64,000 nucleotides of DNA from a virus: the IMG/VR virus record IMGVR_UViG_3300017746_000002, positions 59,270 through 123,269 of that record. One strand, written 5' to 3'. Shown in pieces: positions 9,830-20,358 of this stretch. The position numbers were made by a program, and so were the translations under genes. Under the pieces are notes generated by a model. The model made no database searches, was not told the DNA's origin, and saw only the letters and a program-made list of their open reading frames with translations. The stretch's first letter is position 1. Each line of letters opens with the position of its first letter.

Positions 9830-11548
9830 CTAACTTTTAGTTAGTGACTTCATGTACTCTACTGTATCTAAACCTGCTTTTTTAGAATCTTGATAATAAA
9901 CTCTATTAAGTTTATCATATATTCTTTTTAACTTTTTTTGATATGGTGTACCTTCTGCAGCACCACTTACGTGTGCCATATACAATGCTATCTGGTCATC
10001 TATAGGAATAACTTTATCATCTCCAAGTGTTACGTTTTTTACATTTGTATTTACATCAAGATCTTCAAATGTTATTTCTGGAGCAGAAGGAGGAGGTGTA
10101 GTTAATGCTTCTACATTAGGATCTGTTACTTCTTCATTAGGTATCATTCCTAGTGCGCTTAGATGTTTTAATCCTGAAGGTGATAATTTATCTCCGTTTC
10201 TATATTTTTTTATAAGTTTCTTTGTTAATTCATGAGCTCTTTGTTGATCATGTATTTGTTGAGCAATATCAATTATTTGAAAATTACCTGATCCATCTGC
10301 ATCATCTTTATCATAATACACTCTATCATCTATATCTTTATGTTTATAGTTTACATAAGGTAAGTTTCTTCCTTTATCAAAGTCTTTTTTAATAGTATAG
10401 TTACCTTGAGGTGTTTCAATCTTTTTTTCAGAACCCATTTGAAACTTAGGTAAGAAAGCACCATTACGCATCATATCTGCAATTACACCATCTTGGTTTT
10501 TAAGAGCAAGCTTTTCTTTATTGTAAGGAGATTGTTTAACAGAGCCACCATACTTAGCCATCATAGTATTACTACCATCATCTATTTCATCATTAGATGT
10601 AAATGTATTCATCATATCAACAACTTGATTATCATCAAACTGCTCTAATAATTGTTTATCTTTTATAAACTTATCTGGATTTTCTTTTATATAATCTATA
10701 TGTGATTGGTCAAACATAAAGTCTTCCTCAAAATTATATAAACCTGCTTTCCATAACTCATACCTTGTTGTATCTATGTCAGATTTAATTTCATAGCTTC
10801 TTGTATCATGAGGTATTTGTAAATTATTATCAGACCAAAGAAAATCACTTCCTTTCTCTCTAGTGATCTCTCTTTCACCCTCAGTCATTAAAAACTCTTG
10901 TGCAACGTTATCTTTAGTATTAGGATGATTAGCACCTAATGCATGAGAATATTCATTAACAAGAATACTATTAAATGGATCATAAGATAATTCATTATCT
11001 TCTGCCATTGTTACAGCTTGTCCTGGGTTTACTTTAACTATAGGATTTATATTACCTTCATCTTTATAATTAGGTCTTTTATAGCTAGATTGTAATCTAT
11101 CAAATTTCTCCTGTAGATTCATCATAGTGAATATATTAGCATCTTCACTATAATCCCTAGCATATATCTCTGCCCATTCTTCTTCTCCACTAAAGTCAAC
11201 TTCTGTATCTTCTAATCTTTTTAGTTTACCATCTCTTACTTTTTTCCATTCTTCTTCACCATGTAAATCTATTGCTCTACGTTTAAATAAATCACTATTT
11301 AAGTAAGCTGTAAAATAATCTTTGACTTCTGAACCTTCCTGAGCCATAGGTATTTCCCTTACCATATTTGTATCAAACTTATGAAGACCTGAGTTAGGAC
11401 CTAGAATAACATTATTAGCAAGTAAAGGCATGCTTACATCTGTCATATCTATAATTCCATCTGGTGTATGAATATCTAAGTATGGTCTATCCTTATAAGG
11501 AGAGTCATCTTTATATCCTTGTTTTGATATATCTTTTTGATCTTCCAT
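9830..11548 (-). CDS. Putative cargo protein with degenerate zincin-like module, 572 aa
   Basis: ILVNEYSHALG...HDTRSYEIKSD; MAQEG, MAKYGG and MRNGAFLPKFQMG motifs. Confidence 0.6.
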   Translation of the reverse strand: MEDQKDISKQGYKDDSPYKDRPYLDIHTPDGIIDMTDVSMPLLANNVILGPNSGLHKFDTNMVREIPMAQEGSEVKDYFTAYLNSDLFKRRAIDLHGEEEWKKVRDGKLKRLEDTEVDFSGEEEWAEIYARDYSEDANIFTMMNLQEKFDRLQSSYKRPNYKDEGNINPIVKVNPGQAVTMAEDNELSYDPFNSILVNEYSHALGANHPNTKDNVAQEFLMTEGEREITREKGSDFLWSDNNLQIPHDTRSYEIKSDIDTTRYELWKAGLYNFEEDFMFDQSHIDYIKENPDKFIKDKQLLEQFDDNQVVDMMNTFTSNDEIDDGSNTMMAKYGGSVKQSPYNKEKLALKNQDGVIADMMRNGAFLPKFQMGSEKKIETPQGNYTIKKDFDKGRNLPYVNYKHKDIDDRVYYDKDDADGSGNFQIIDIAQQIHDQQRAHELTKKLIKKYRNGDKLSPSGLKHLSALGMIPNEEVTDPNVEALTTPPPSAPEITFEDLDVNTNVKNVTLGDDKVIPIDDQIALYMAHVSGAAEGTPYQKKLKRIYDKLNRVYYQDSKKAGLDTVEYMKSLTKS

Positions 11549-14500
11549 TATCTCATTGAAATATTTAACTTAGTATTATTTAATCTTAATAACATTTTTC
11601 TATTTTCAGATTTAACTCTTCTTAGTAAGATGTGATTATAGTAATGTCTAAATTTCTTTCTTTGTGTTTGTGCTTTATTATAATTTAAATTAGCAGCATT
11701 AAGATTTCTTATATATCCATTCCATTGTGTATTAAACACTGTTTGTTGAGCTGCTGAAAATTCTCCTCTATCATTTGTAATATCCCAGAACTGGTTAAAT
11801 CTATATTTTTGTTCTTCTTTACTATATAATATATCTATAAAGCCTCCACCAATTATTGGGAATGTAGATGCTAATACAGGATTATTTTTAGGTGTAATGT
11901 TTAATCTTAATAATCCAGATACTTGTTCTGTATTATATATTATTGCTTCATCAAAATTCCAATCTAAATCATGGAATCTATCTTTACTTTCATTTTGATA
12001 TACATATGATTCTAACTGATATTCTAAACTTCTTATAGTTGTAACACTTTGACCACTATGTTCTATTAAGTCAACTTCCCACGGGTAGTCTATACCATAA
12101 TAATTAGCATATAAATCAGTTCTTGTATTGTGTCTCCATATAGAAGATCCTTGTATTTGAGCTCTACAATTTTTACAACTTGCATTACAAAACCCAGGAT
12201 CAATATATGTTAAACCATTTGGTGATCCATTAGAATCATATTCATAATCAAATAACTCTTGTGCAGTAAGACAAGGTGTACCATCATCCCATGATGTGTA
12301 CGCACCGTTTGATTGTTCACATTGATTTCTAAATGTTCCTAAACTGTTATTACTACCATTACCAGTACAACCACAATTAGATTGACCACATACAGTATAT
12401 TGATAATTACCAAAAGCATTTTGACCACAAGGTAAAACTAAATCATATCCTGTTGAGCAAACTTGACCATTAGTTAAAACTGAATCAACACAAGCAGAAG
12501 TACCTACACCAGCATCTGGAGTCATATTTATAAGAAGCAGATTTGTTAATCTTGGTACTGTAATTTGAATATCTTCACAACACTCTTCTTCAACTGGATC
12601 CCATGTATAGCCAGGAGGACAATTAATTTCTCCTTCTTTAGTTGTTAAAAAATGATTTATACTATTAAATGTTAAATCAGGATGCCAATCATGAAATGAA
12701 ATCCATGCTTTAGATTTAGGATCATAGCTAACAGTCCATGAAGCATCTTCAAAGAAACTAGAATCATTTAATTGTATTGGTGATTTATTAGGAGCTGCTT
12801 TACTACAACCAGGACCGGATATTCCAGATAAACAATCAAGATTTACATAAAAACCTCCTTCACAATCATCAAAACAAATACAATCAGTTGTTGGTTCATA
12901 ATCTTTTTTACTAAAATATATAATATCATTCATAGGATCATATACTGACTGTACACCTATTCCTGTAACTGGATTATCAGCAACTGAAGGACAATCTTCT
13001 ACATTAGGTAATGCAGATATTAATCTTGATGGTAAATATTTATTAAACCACCATTTCATTCCTTGATCAGATATAGCTGATAGACCTTTTGAACCATATT
13101 GAAATATTTTTCCTTGTGCTTGAGATACATAAAATAATCCCATAGGTGTATTAATAACACTTCTTGCGCTTTCACATGAACCATACTCATGTGATAAATC
13201 TGAGTTTGCTACATTTTGAAATGCTTGACTAAATAAACCTCCGTCACCAATAATAAGTTTAGTACCACCTTTGTCCATATTTAATGCGTCTACACCTTGA
13301 AACATTTGTGGAGATATTGTTGGAAATAATATTAATGCACCTGTTTTATTAATAGGTTTAATTGTATTAACTGTAGATTTAAAATCTCTAAAGTTTTTAC
13401 TAAGGAATATTCTCCAAAAGTCTTTATTAGCTTCTTTCTTTTGTTGTTTAAGTTTCTTTAATGTTACACCACCTGTTGGTAAAGAATATATTAATCTCTT
13501 AGGAAACTTTGTTAAACATGTCTCTGAAACATAAGGGTCATACCATCTAGGTTGTATTTCACCAAAAGATGTATTCCAAAATCTTTTTTGATTTAATGAT
13601 TTATCATATTTATAATAATTATCTACATCTTGAATTTTAGCATCAAACATAGTATTTATATCAGTATAATCTAAATAGTCATAATGACGTGTAGTTATAC
13701 TATCAGAGTAATCTCTATGTGCTACATTTATTTCAGATTCAACAAAGAAATCTTGTACACCATTGTTATGTGTATACATATAATGTTCAGTAACAACAAA
13801 CACACCACCACTATTATCTGTATCTGTAGCAGCTTCATAAGGTGGATCAGGAGTTTCATAATCTACATTATCAAAACTTTGAGGAATAGGAGTACCACCT
13901 GATATATTAATTTGAAAATCAGCTCTACTTTGGCCTTCATAACCTGTTGATGTACCATCACCACCAATATATGAAAATAATCCTCCTTTGCTTCCTGAAT
14001 TACCTCCTTGTATTGTGTGTATATTATACTTAAGTGGGAATGTTGAACAAAGAGTTGATGTTCTACTTGTACCGCCATGTACTATTGTTACAGTATCAAA
14101 ATTTTGTTTAGGTAGTAGTTGATTAACATTAGTTGTTGAACCACCACTAGGTATTGGATTAGGAGTTACATTTCCAGGTGGTTTTAACCATGAGTATCTG
14201 TTATCAACTACATATTCAAAACCTCCAGTATTCCAATTATATACTGCAGCTAAACCAAATACAGAAGCTTCTAATGACATAGTTTGATTTACATATCCTG
14301 GTTTTTCAGTACCAGCACTTCCTCCTTCTATACTACTTCCAAAATTTTGGGCATTTGGAGTTCCATCACAACCTCCATTAATTGCATTATTTTGATAATG
14401 TCTATCAGCTTGACCTCCTATTCCATTAACCTTAAAAAAATTTTTATCAGTTAAAGGTCCGCTTATTGCACTACCCGCTCCATTTTGAAGTTCACCTCTT

Positions 14501-17500
14501 TTATATTCTCCACTTATTACACCTTGCACATCTCTAACATCTGTTGGGTCATCTGGATGTGTTATTGTTATAACATCTGTAACACCATTAAAAGAAACTA
14601 CATTCTGAGTTGCAGATTTTATATTAACATTAATATTTACTACTCCCGTTAACTTAAGAACAGAATAATTTTGATGCCATTTATATATAGGATCACCATT
14701 AGCATCTGTAACAGTAGGCATTGTACCATTTGCTTGACCACCTGTTCCTAATACATTTCCTGATTGTGTCCAAGCTTTTGCTTGATCATTACATGTAGTT
14801 GCTTGGAATGTTATATATGAATCTACCCAAGCAGCACCACTAAGAGCTCCTGTATAAACAGCATTTGCATTTGCATAATTATTAAATAGATTACCATTAT
14901 TAAGAGGCGGAAGTGTAGAATCTGGTTGTATACAAGATGGTAAACAAGGATTAGAACCTGTATAACACGGGCCCAGTGTATTCCAACAATCATTACATGT
15001 ACAGGATACTCCATCACCATCTTCAGGAAGTTCCCATGCACCATTTGCCCATGTATTAGCTGTTTCAATTACATGAGGTGTATAAAGTCCTGGACCTCCA
15101 GCACCAGGTGTAGAATTAGTATTTATACTATCAATAAGTAATTCATTTGTAGTATCATAACTTGCTGTTATTCCACCTGTAGGAGAATTATTAGGATCAA
15201 AATTACCTGCTCCTGAAAATGTAGCGCTACTTCCTTCACAAACAATTGCACCAGGTCCATCAAGATGGTATAAATCTCCAGGAGTATGTCCTCTCCAGTC
15301 AAAAGTAAGATCAGTAATAGGTTTAATATACTCATCCATTCTAAACTTATTAGAATCTAACCAGTATCTTGGATAAGGAACATTAGGATAATTCTTATAA
15401 TCCCAAGCAATTCCGTCTGGTTCACCATCTTTTAGAAAGTCCCAGAAAAAAGGCATACTAGTTTTTTCAGTATATCTGTTTATATATACATCTCCACCCC
15501 AATGAACTTCTGACCATCCACCATTAGTAGTAATTGTTGTTCCAGCAACTAAAGAATCATGACTAAAATAATTACAATCACCACCTGCAGGTTGCATTAA
15601 TATATTATCTATTTGTCCATATTGGTTATCTATATTTACTTTTAGTGCTGCATAATTTACTGCAATAGGTTTACATGTTTGTACTCCTGGTGAATACCAT
15701 GTAACTGTTGCACCTGTTCCATCATCACGTGTAGGATTTTGGCAATCATTACATAGACCATCACCAATAGTAAACTTAGAAAAATCATTACCATTAGGAT
15801 CTAAAAGACCACCATAAGTACCATCTATTACTGTTCCACCTGGACCTGTACTTCCAGCTCCAGTTAAATTTTGTGTGCTTAATACTACTGTTGATTGTCT
15901 TCTTAAATTATTAATCATCACATTTCCTGGAAATGCAGAAAACGCTTGTTTTATATATCTTGCATCTTCAACATTTCTTCTCCATGCAGTATCATCCATA
16001 CCAAAAGGTTGCATTATATCATTAGAAACATCTGCACCACTCCATGTAAGAGGAGGTAATATAACTTCTTCATTATAAAAACCGTGAGATATATACTTAT
16101 ATACATGATCTTGATATGATACAAGATTTCTAATGAGATCTAATATTTTATCACCACCCGTAGCAACATAATTAAGGAATGCAAATATACCTGTAATCAT
16201 TGCCATAAGTCTTGGAACACCTGTAAAGTCTGTCCCTCTCATTGTTATTGTCTTTTCACTACCTGATGCAGCACCTGTTAATCCTGTTGCTCCACTTTCA
16301 GCTGCGTTAAATGCTGGTATTGCTATTTGTTTTGCATCACGTCCAAAACCTAAAACAGTAGCACCATCAAGAACCATATCTAAAGCTCCTTTTGCAATAT
16401 ATGTTAAACCCATACCTACTAAGTGAAATACAGAATTGGCAAGAGATAAACCATTACCTACAATAGGAAATGGAGATAAAGCTGTACCAGAACCTAATGC
16501 TTTTACATCAGACATACCAGCAGGGTTTTGTCCTGCACCTGTTATTGATAAATCTTCTGGTCCTCTCATTTGGTTAATTGCATAACCAACACCAATAATA
16601 GCTGCTACAAAAACAGCTCTTTTCTTTATAAGTTTAAATCTAGGATGTTCTTCTGATCTTTTAAAGTTTCCTAATTGTTTTCCTCTTATTGTTTTATATA
16701 ATTTTATTTCACTAGGATTTAAAAACATTCTTGAAAACATTGTATCTGGAGAATGGAATGTAAAATAATCACGTGTTATTTCACCTAGCCCTCTAGTATC
16801 TGTAGATGAATGTTTAGTTGGATCTACTAAGAAGTTATCTTCAATACCATCATACCAGGGTCTGTTTGAAATTAACTCTCCTTGATTTCTATTTAAAAGA
16901 TAAGGATCCGTATGTAAATCATTATATGGATAGTTAGGAAATACACCCCATGATCTATCAGCTTGTCTTGGTCCATCATCACTGTATAATTGACTTGTTG
17001 TAGTATCTCTTTCATAGGTAAACATATTTCTAATAATACCTTTTGCTAGAATAGATTTATTACCACTTCTACTTCCTGTTAATATTTCATAACCAACTAT
17101 CCCTGGAATAAGTGTTCCATTATTATCTACTGGTGGATATATGTTATCAAACTTAGCTCCTAGTATATTTATAAACTCTCCTGTTACACCATTAACTGTT
17201 GGACTTAAAAGTGCTGCATCAGTTCCTAGTAATGTTTCATCAGGAAACTTATGATGTCTAATTGGTTGACCACATAAGTCATGATTAGGTATTCCTGTAG
17301 TTGGATTTACAGTACCATAATTAGACCAAGCATGTTCACTAGAATTCCATCTTATAGGATCATGTGGATATAACTCTGTAGATTGCCAGTAACCCATATG
17401 ACCTTCACCCGTTTTAACACCGCCAAATTTTTCATCTTTTATATCACCAATATCTCCTGCTGCAATTGAGTTAGCTGTATTTATACCTTCAAAATAAAGT

Positions 17501-18774
17501 TCTTGAGAACCATTTGGAGCAATGTTAATTCCAGTTACATTAAGTGGATCATTTGTTTGTAAAGGAGGATTTGGAACATATCCCGGTAAGTTTGAAGCAA
17601 CATCACCCGGTGGTTTACCTGGAATGTGATATGCTTTAGATTTATCACCTGTATTATATATCCATCTTATAAAGAAAGCATACTGTTCATCCCTCATAAA
17701 AGAAGGCTTGTTACCTCCGTTTGTATAATATGTTGAAGGGTATCTCCATGACTCCCAATGAGCATGTATTAAGTTTGCTAATGGTTGATAATTAAAATCA
17801 AACTTTTCTGTAGGTTGTGATCTAATTAAATAATCATTAACAACATACATCCCATCTGATTTTTCATATACAGGATTTCTTACTATTAATGCTAGGTCAG
17901 TTAAAACTTCTAATCTACCATCAATATAATCAATGTTTATTGTTGTTTGTTCAGTGCTATAATATCCAACAATTCTTGTACTAATAGCATTGTGAGTTTT
18001 AAATCTTATTACAAGTTGAAAGTTATCAAAGTCTTTATCAAGATTACTAATATTAATATCTAATGAACCTGAAGGACCACTATGATTCCATAATGATTGT
18101 AAGTTTGATATACCAACATAATCACCTATAACTTGATTATCTAATGTATATGCAATAAAAGCTTGATATGTACCATTAACTAAAGATCCTCCTTCTTCTG
18201 CTTTTGATAATGTTATACAAGGTATATCCATGTAAGGAGCTAGTCTTATAGCATCACAATCTAAATCTGTAGTATATTGTACATCACATGGATCTATAAT
18301 AGGAGTAACAGGTTTATAAGGAACATTATCTAAATTTAAAACTCTTGAAGGGTTTAAAGCATCATCCCAATATACTAACCATTGACAATCATAATTTTCT
18401 TTTGAAACACCAACAATTAAATGATCAGTACTAAAGTTAAGACATCCGTCATTTACAATAGGTTTATACTCACATCTGCTGTCATCAAATCTACCAATTT
18501 CTGAATTTATATTATCAGTAGAAAAAATAGCCCATATATCTCCATATAAATGAATACCGCCTATTATTTTATAAGGTATAGTGACACATTGTAAATTTGC
18601 AGGTTCATTTCCAATAACACCTACATCACCATCAATAGAATTATTTATAGCATTACGTGCATGATTCCAATTTTGTTTGGACATGTAACTTGCATCAGAA
18701 TCTTTTATCATCCCTTTCGGGGTTAAATTAGTTTCTGTTGTAGAAGTTGGTTGATTTTGTTTTTTCTTTGCCAT
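11548..18774 (-). CDS. Tail stabilisation / muzzle protein with large insertions, 2408 aa
   Basis: N-terminal KGMIKD...NHARNAIN...GNE and C-terminal SWTVSYDP..KAWISFHDWHP beta-propeller-type motifs; follows ring genes. Confidence 0.75.
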   Translation of the reverse strand: MAKKKQNQPTSTTETNLTPKGMIKDSDASYMSKQNWNHARNAINNSIDGDVGVIGNEPANLQCVTIPYKIIGGIHLYGDIWAIFSTDNINSEIGRFDDSRCEYKPIVNDGCLNFSTDHLIVGVSKENYDCQWLVYWDDALNPSRVLNLDNVPYKPVTPIIDPCDVQYTTDLDCDAIRLAPYMDIPCITLSKAEEGGSLVNGTYQAFIAYTLDNQVIGDYVGISNLQSLWNHSGPSGSLDINISNLDKDFDNFQLVIRFKTHNAISTRIVGYYSTEQTTINIDYIDGRLEVLTDLALIVRNPVYEKSDGMYVVNDYLIRSQPTEKFDFNYQPLANLIHAHWESWRYPSTYYTNGGNKPSFMRDEQYAFFIRWIYNTGDKSKAYHIPGKPPGDVASNLPGYVPNPPLQTNDPLNVTGINIAPNGSQELYFEGINTANSIAAGDIGDIKDEKFGGVKTGEGHMGYWQSTELYPHDPIRWNSSEHAWSNYGTVNPTTGIPNHDLCGQPIRHHKFPDETLLGTDAALLSPTVNGVTGEFINILGAKFDNIYPPVDNNGTLIPGIVGYEILTGSRSGNKSILAKGIIRNMFTYERDTTTSQLYSDDGPRQADRSWGVFPNYPYNDLHTDPYLLNRNQGELISNRPWYDGIEDNFLVDPTKHSSTDTRGLGEITRDYFTFHSPDTMFSRMFLNPSEIKLYKTIRGKQLGNFKRSEEHPRFKLIKKRAVFVAAIIGVGYAINQMRGPEDLSITGAGQNPAGMSDVKALGSGTALSPFPIVGNGLSLANSVFHLVGMGLTYIAKGALDMVLDGATVLGFGRDAKQIAIPAFNAAESGATGLTGAASGSEKTITMRGTDFTGVPRLMAMITGIFAFLNYVATGGDKILDLIRNLVSYQDHVYKYISHGFYNEEVILPPLTWSGADVSNDIMQPFGMDDTAWRRNVEDARYIKQAFSAFPGNVMINNLRRQSTVVLSTQNLTGAGSTGPGGTVIDGTYGGLLDPNGNDFSKFTIGDGLCNDCQNPTRDDGTGATVTWYSPGVQTCKPIAVNYAALKVNIDNQYGQIDNILMQPAGGDCNYFSHDSLVAGTTITTNGGWSEVHWGGDVYINRYTEKTSMPFFWDFLKDGEPDGIAWDYKNYPNVPYPRYWLDSNKFRMDEYIKPITDLTFDWRGHTPGDLYHLDGPGAIVCEGSSATFSGAGNFDPNNSPTGGITASYDTTNELLIDSINTNSTPGAGGPGLYTPHVIETANTWANGAWELPEDGDGVSCTCNDCWNTLGPCYTGSNPCLPSCIQPDSTLPPLNNGNLFNNYANANAVYTGALSGAAWVDSYITFQATTCNDQAKAWTQSGNVLGTGGQANGTMPTVTDANGDPIYKWHQNYSVLKLTGVVNINVNIKSATQNVVSFNGVTDVITITHPDDPTDVRDVQGVISGEYKRGELQNGAGSAISGPLTDKNFFKVNGIGGQADRHYQNNAINGGCDGTPNAQNFGSSIEGGSAGTEKPGYVNQTMSLEASVFGLAAVYNWNTGGFEYVVDNRYSWLKPPGNVTPNPIPSGGSTTNVNQLLPKQNFDTVTIVHGGTSRTSTLCSTFPLKYNIHTIQGGNSGSKGGLFSYIGGDGTSTGYEGQSRADFQINISGGTPIPQSFDNVDYETPDPPYEAATDTDNSGGVFVVTEHYMYTHNNGVQDFFVESEINVAHRDYSDSITTRHYDYLDYTDINTMFDAKIQDVDNYYKYDKSLNQKRFWNTSFGEIQPRWYDPYVSETCLTKFPKRLIYSLPTGGVTLKKLKQQKKEANKDFWRIFLSKNFRDFKSTVNTIKPINKTGALILFPTISPQMFQGVDALNMDKGGTKLIIGDGGLFSQAFQNVANSDLSHEYGSCESARSVINTPMGLFYVSQAQGKIFQYGSKGLSAISDQGMKWWFNKYLPSRLISALPNVEDCPSVADNPVTGIGVQSVYDPMNDIIYFSKKDYEPTTDCICFDDCEGGFYVNLDCLSGISGPGCSKAAPNKSPIQLNDSSFFEDASWTVSYDPKSKAWISFHDWHPDLTFNSINHFLTTKEGEINCPPGYTWDPVEEECCEDIQITVPRLTNLLLINMTPDAGVGTSACVDSVLTNGQVCSTGYDLVLPCGQNAFGNYQYTVCGQSNCGCTGNGSNNSLGTFRNQCEQSNGAYTSWDDGTPCLTAQELFDYEYDSNGSPNGLTYIDPGFCNASCKNCRAQIQGSSIWRHNTRTDLYANYYGIDYPWEVDLIEHSGQSVTTIRSLEYQLESYVYQNESKDRFHDLDWNFDEAIIYNTEQVSGLLRLNITPKNNPVLASTFPIIGGGFIDILYSKEEQKYRFNQFWDITNDRGEFSAAQQTVFNTQWNGYIRNLNAANLNYNKAQTQRKKFRHYYNHILLRRVKSENRKMLLRLNNTKLNISMR

Positions 18775-18776
18775 GG

Positions 18777-19685
18777 TTATCTATGTGGTGCAGTGCTTCT
18801 AAACATATCATAATAATTATGATACTGCGCTCTTCTGTTAACTTCCCATATTTTTCTATATTCAGCAAAGTTAGGTGTATTTACAAAACCTAATGCTGTA
18901 TTTCTAGCAGCTCTTAATTTCTGCTCAATCATTCCTATTTGATTAACCACATTTTCACCATCAAACATCATGTTTTCTAGTATTCTTTGTTTTAATGCAT
19001 ATTCATAATACTCATTACAATATGGATGATCAAGAGTTAAAAGTTTACCTGAACTATCTTCCATTGTTCCTTGATAATTTATATATACTTTTCCTGAATT
19101 AAAATTAGTTAATAAATAACCATCTTTAATTTCTGCTGTATCAGCAGCTCTTGTAGATAAGTTAGGACAATCACAATGTACACCCTGAAGACTAGATATT
19201 CTTAAAGGAAGAAATACTGAATATTCTCTCCATTGTTCTGGACCTACATATTGTAATACTACATATTGACTATTATATGTTGTTGTTCCCTTAGTTTTTG
19301 TTGGACATGTTTGTATTACACAAACGTCTTTACAGTCTTTAGGGTCAAGACACATATCACCTCCTCCTGGATCAGGAGTATATTTAGGTTGTGTAGTATC
19401 AACATGTGTTCCTGATGGTAATGTATTATTTACTTTATACTTTCCACATATTGATCCAAAATTAAGAACATTAAAGTTTGATGGAAGTTTAGCTTTTTTA
19501 TTTTCTACATCTAGTACTGCATCATTTGTTCTTTGTATTCTAAGACCTAAATCATAATTTACTCTTTGTACAACTTTAATTAATTGTTGAGGTTCAATAT
19601 GACCCTCAAGATTATAAGTTCTAAAATCTATCTTAACGTCTTCAAGAAGTTGGTCAAATGTCCTATATTTATGTGATACGCTCAT
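18777..19685 (-). CDS. Tail ring / tubular (adaptor) protein
   Basis: GYLLTNFNSGKVYINYQG...DHPY; directly upstream of the muzzle gene. Confidence 0.6.
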   Translation of the reverse strand: MSVSHKYRTFDQLLEDVKIDFRTYNLEGHIEPQQLIKVVQRVNYDLGLRIQRTNDAVLDVENKKAKLPSNFNVLNFGSICGKYKVNNTLPSGTHVDTTQPKYTPDPGGGDMCLDPKDCKDVCVIQTCPTKTKGTTTYNSQYVVLQYVGPEQWREYSVFLPLRISSLQGVHCDCPNLSTRAADTAEIKDGYLLTNFNSGKVYINYQGTMEDSSGKLLTLDHPYCNEYYEYALKQRILENMMFDGENVVNQIGMIEQKLRAARNTALGFVNTPNFAEYRKIWEVNRRAQYHNYYDMFRSTAPHR

Positions 19686-20356
19686 TATCTATTTGGGTTT
19701 TGTTTATTATCTGAATCTTCTCCAGGAATTTTCATTGTATTAAATGCAACATTTAAGATCTGACTTTCTATTTCTGAAAATAAAAACTCAGGTATATAAA
19801 TTGTTTTTAAATACATAGGAACACAATCATCTTCTGTATCACATGTCCACTTTGATATATCTCCTTCAAACACACCTTCTAATTTAATAGCATCCCAATC
19901 TACATTTGGTAAATATAAATATTCATTTAAGTACCAAAAATATTTAGTAGTATTATACTTAAAAGATGTACTTCTTGTCATAGAAGCATATGTAGAAGGA
20001 TCAGTAGGTTCTATTTTTATACTACCGTCTATTGATGTTACACTTCTAATTAAAGGTCCCCAATATCCTTCCATAAATGTTGGAAGTTTGTGTTTGGTCC
20101 TCATAATTGTTGAACCACTTTCTATCCCTACACATCCTGCCTCAACCTTATCTATCTCAATAAGCTCAATAAAATTAAGAGATTGCCAAACGCTATTAAA
20201 CTTCATAAGCTTATTAGCATTATCTTGCCTTCTCATTAACAGTTGTGCATACTTTAGTATAAGACTGTAGATATATCTATCAGTCATAAATGCATCCTGA
20301 ACCTCAGCCTTTAATTGACCTCTTATTCTTGAGACGGCTTCTCCTATAGTAGTCAT
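19685..20356 (-). CDS. Tail ring protein
   Basis: TDRYIYSLI...KYFWYLNEYLYLPN...EGVFE; coupled to the next gene. Confidence 0.55.
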   Translation of the reverse strand: MTTIGEAVSRIRGQLKAEVQDAFMTDRYIYSLILKYAQLLMRRQDNANKLMKFNSVWQSLNFIELIEIDKVEAGCVGIESGSTIMRTKHKLPTFMEGYWGPLIRSVTSIDGSIKIEPTDPSTYASMTRSTSFKYNTTKYFWYLNEYLYLPNVDWDAIKLEGVFEGDISKWTCDTEDDCVPMYLKTIYIPEFLFSEIESQILNVAFNTMKIPGEDSDNKQNPNR

Positions 20357-20358
20357 AT

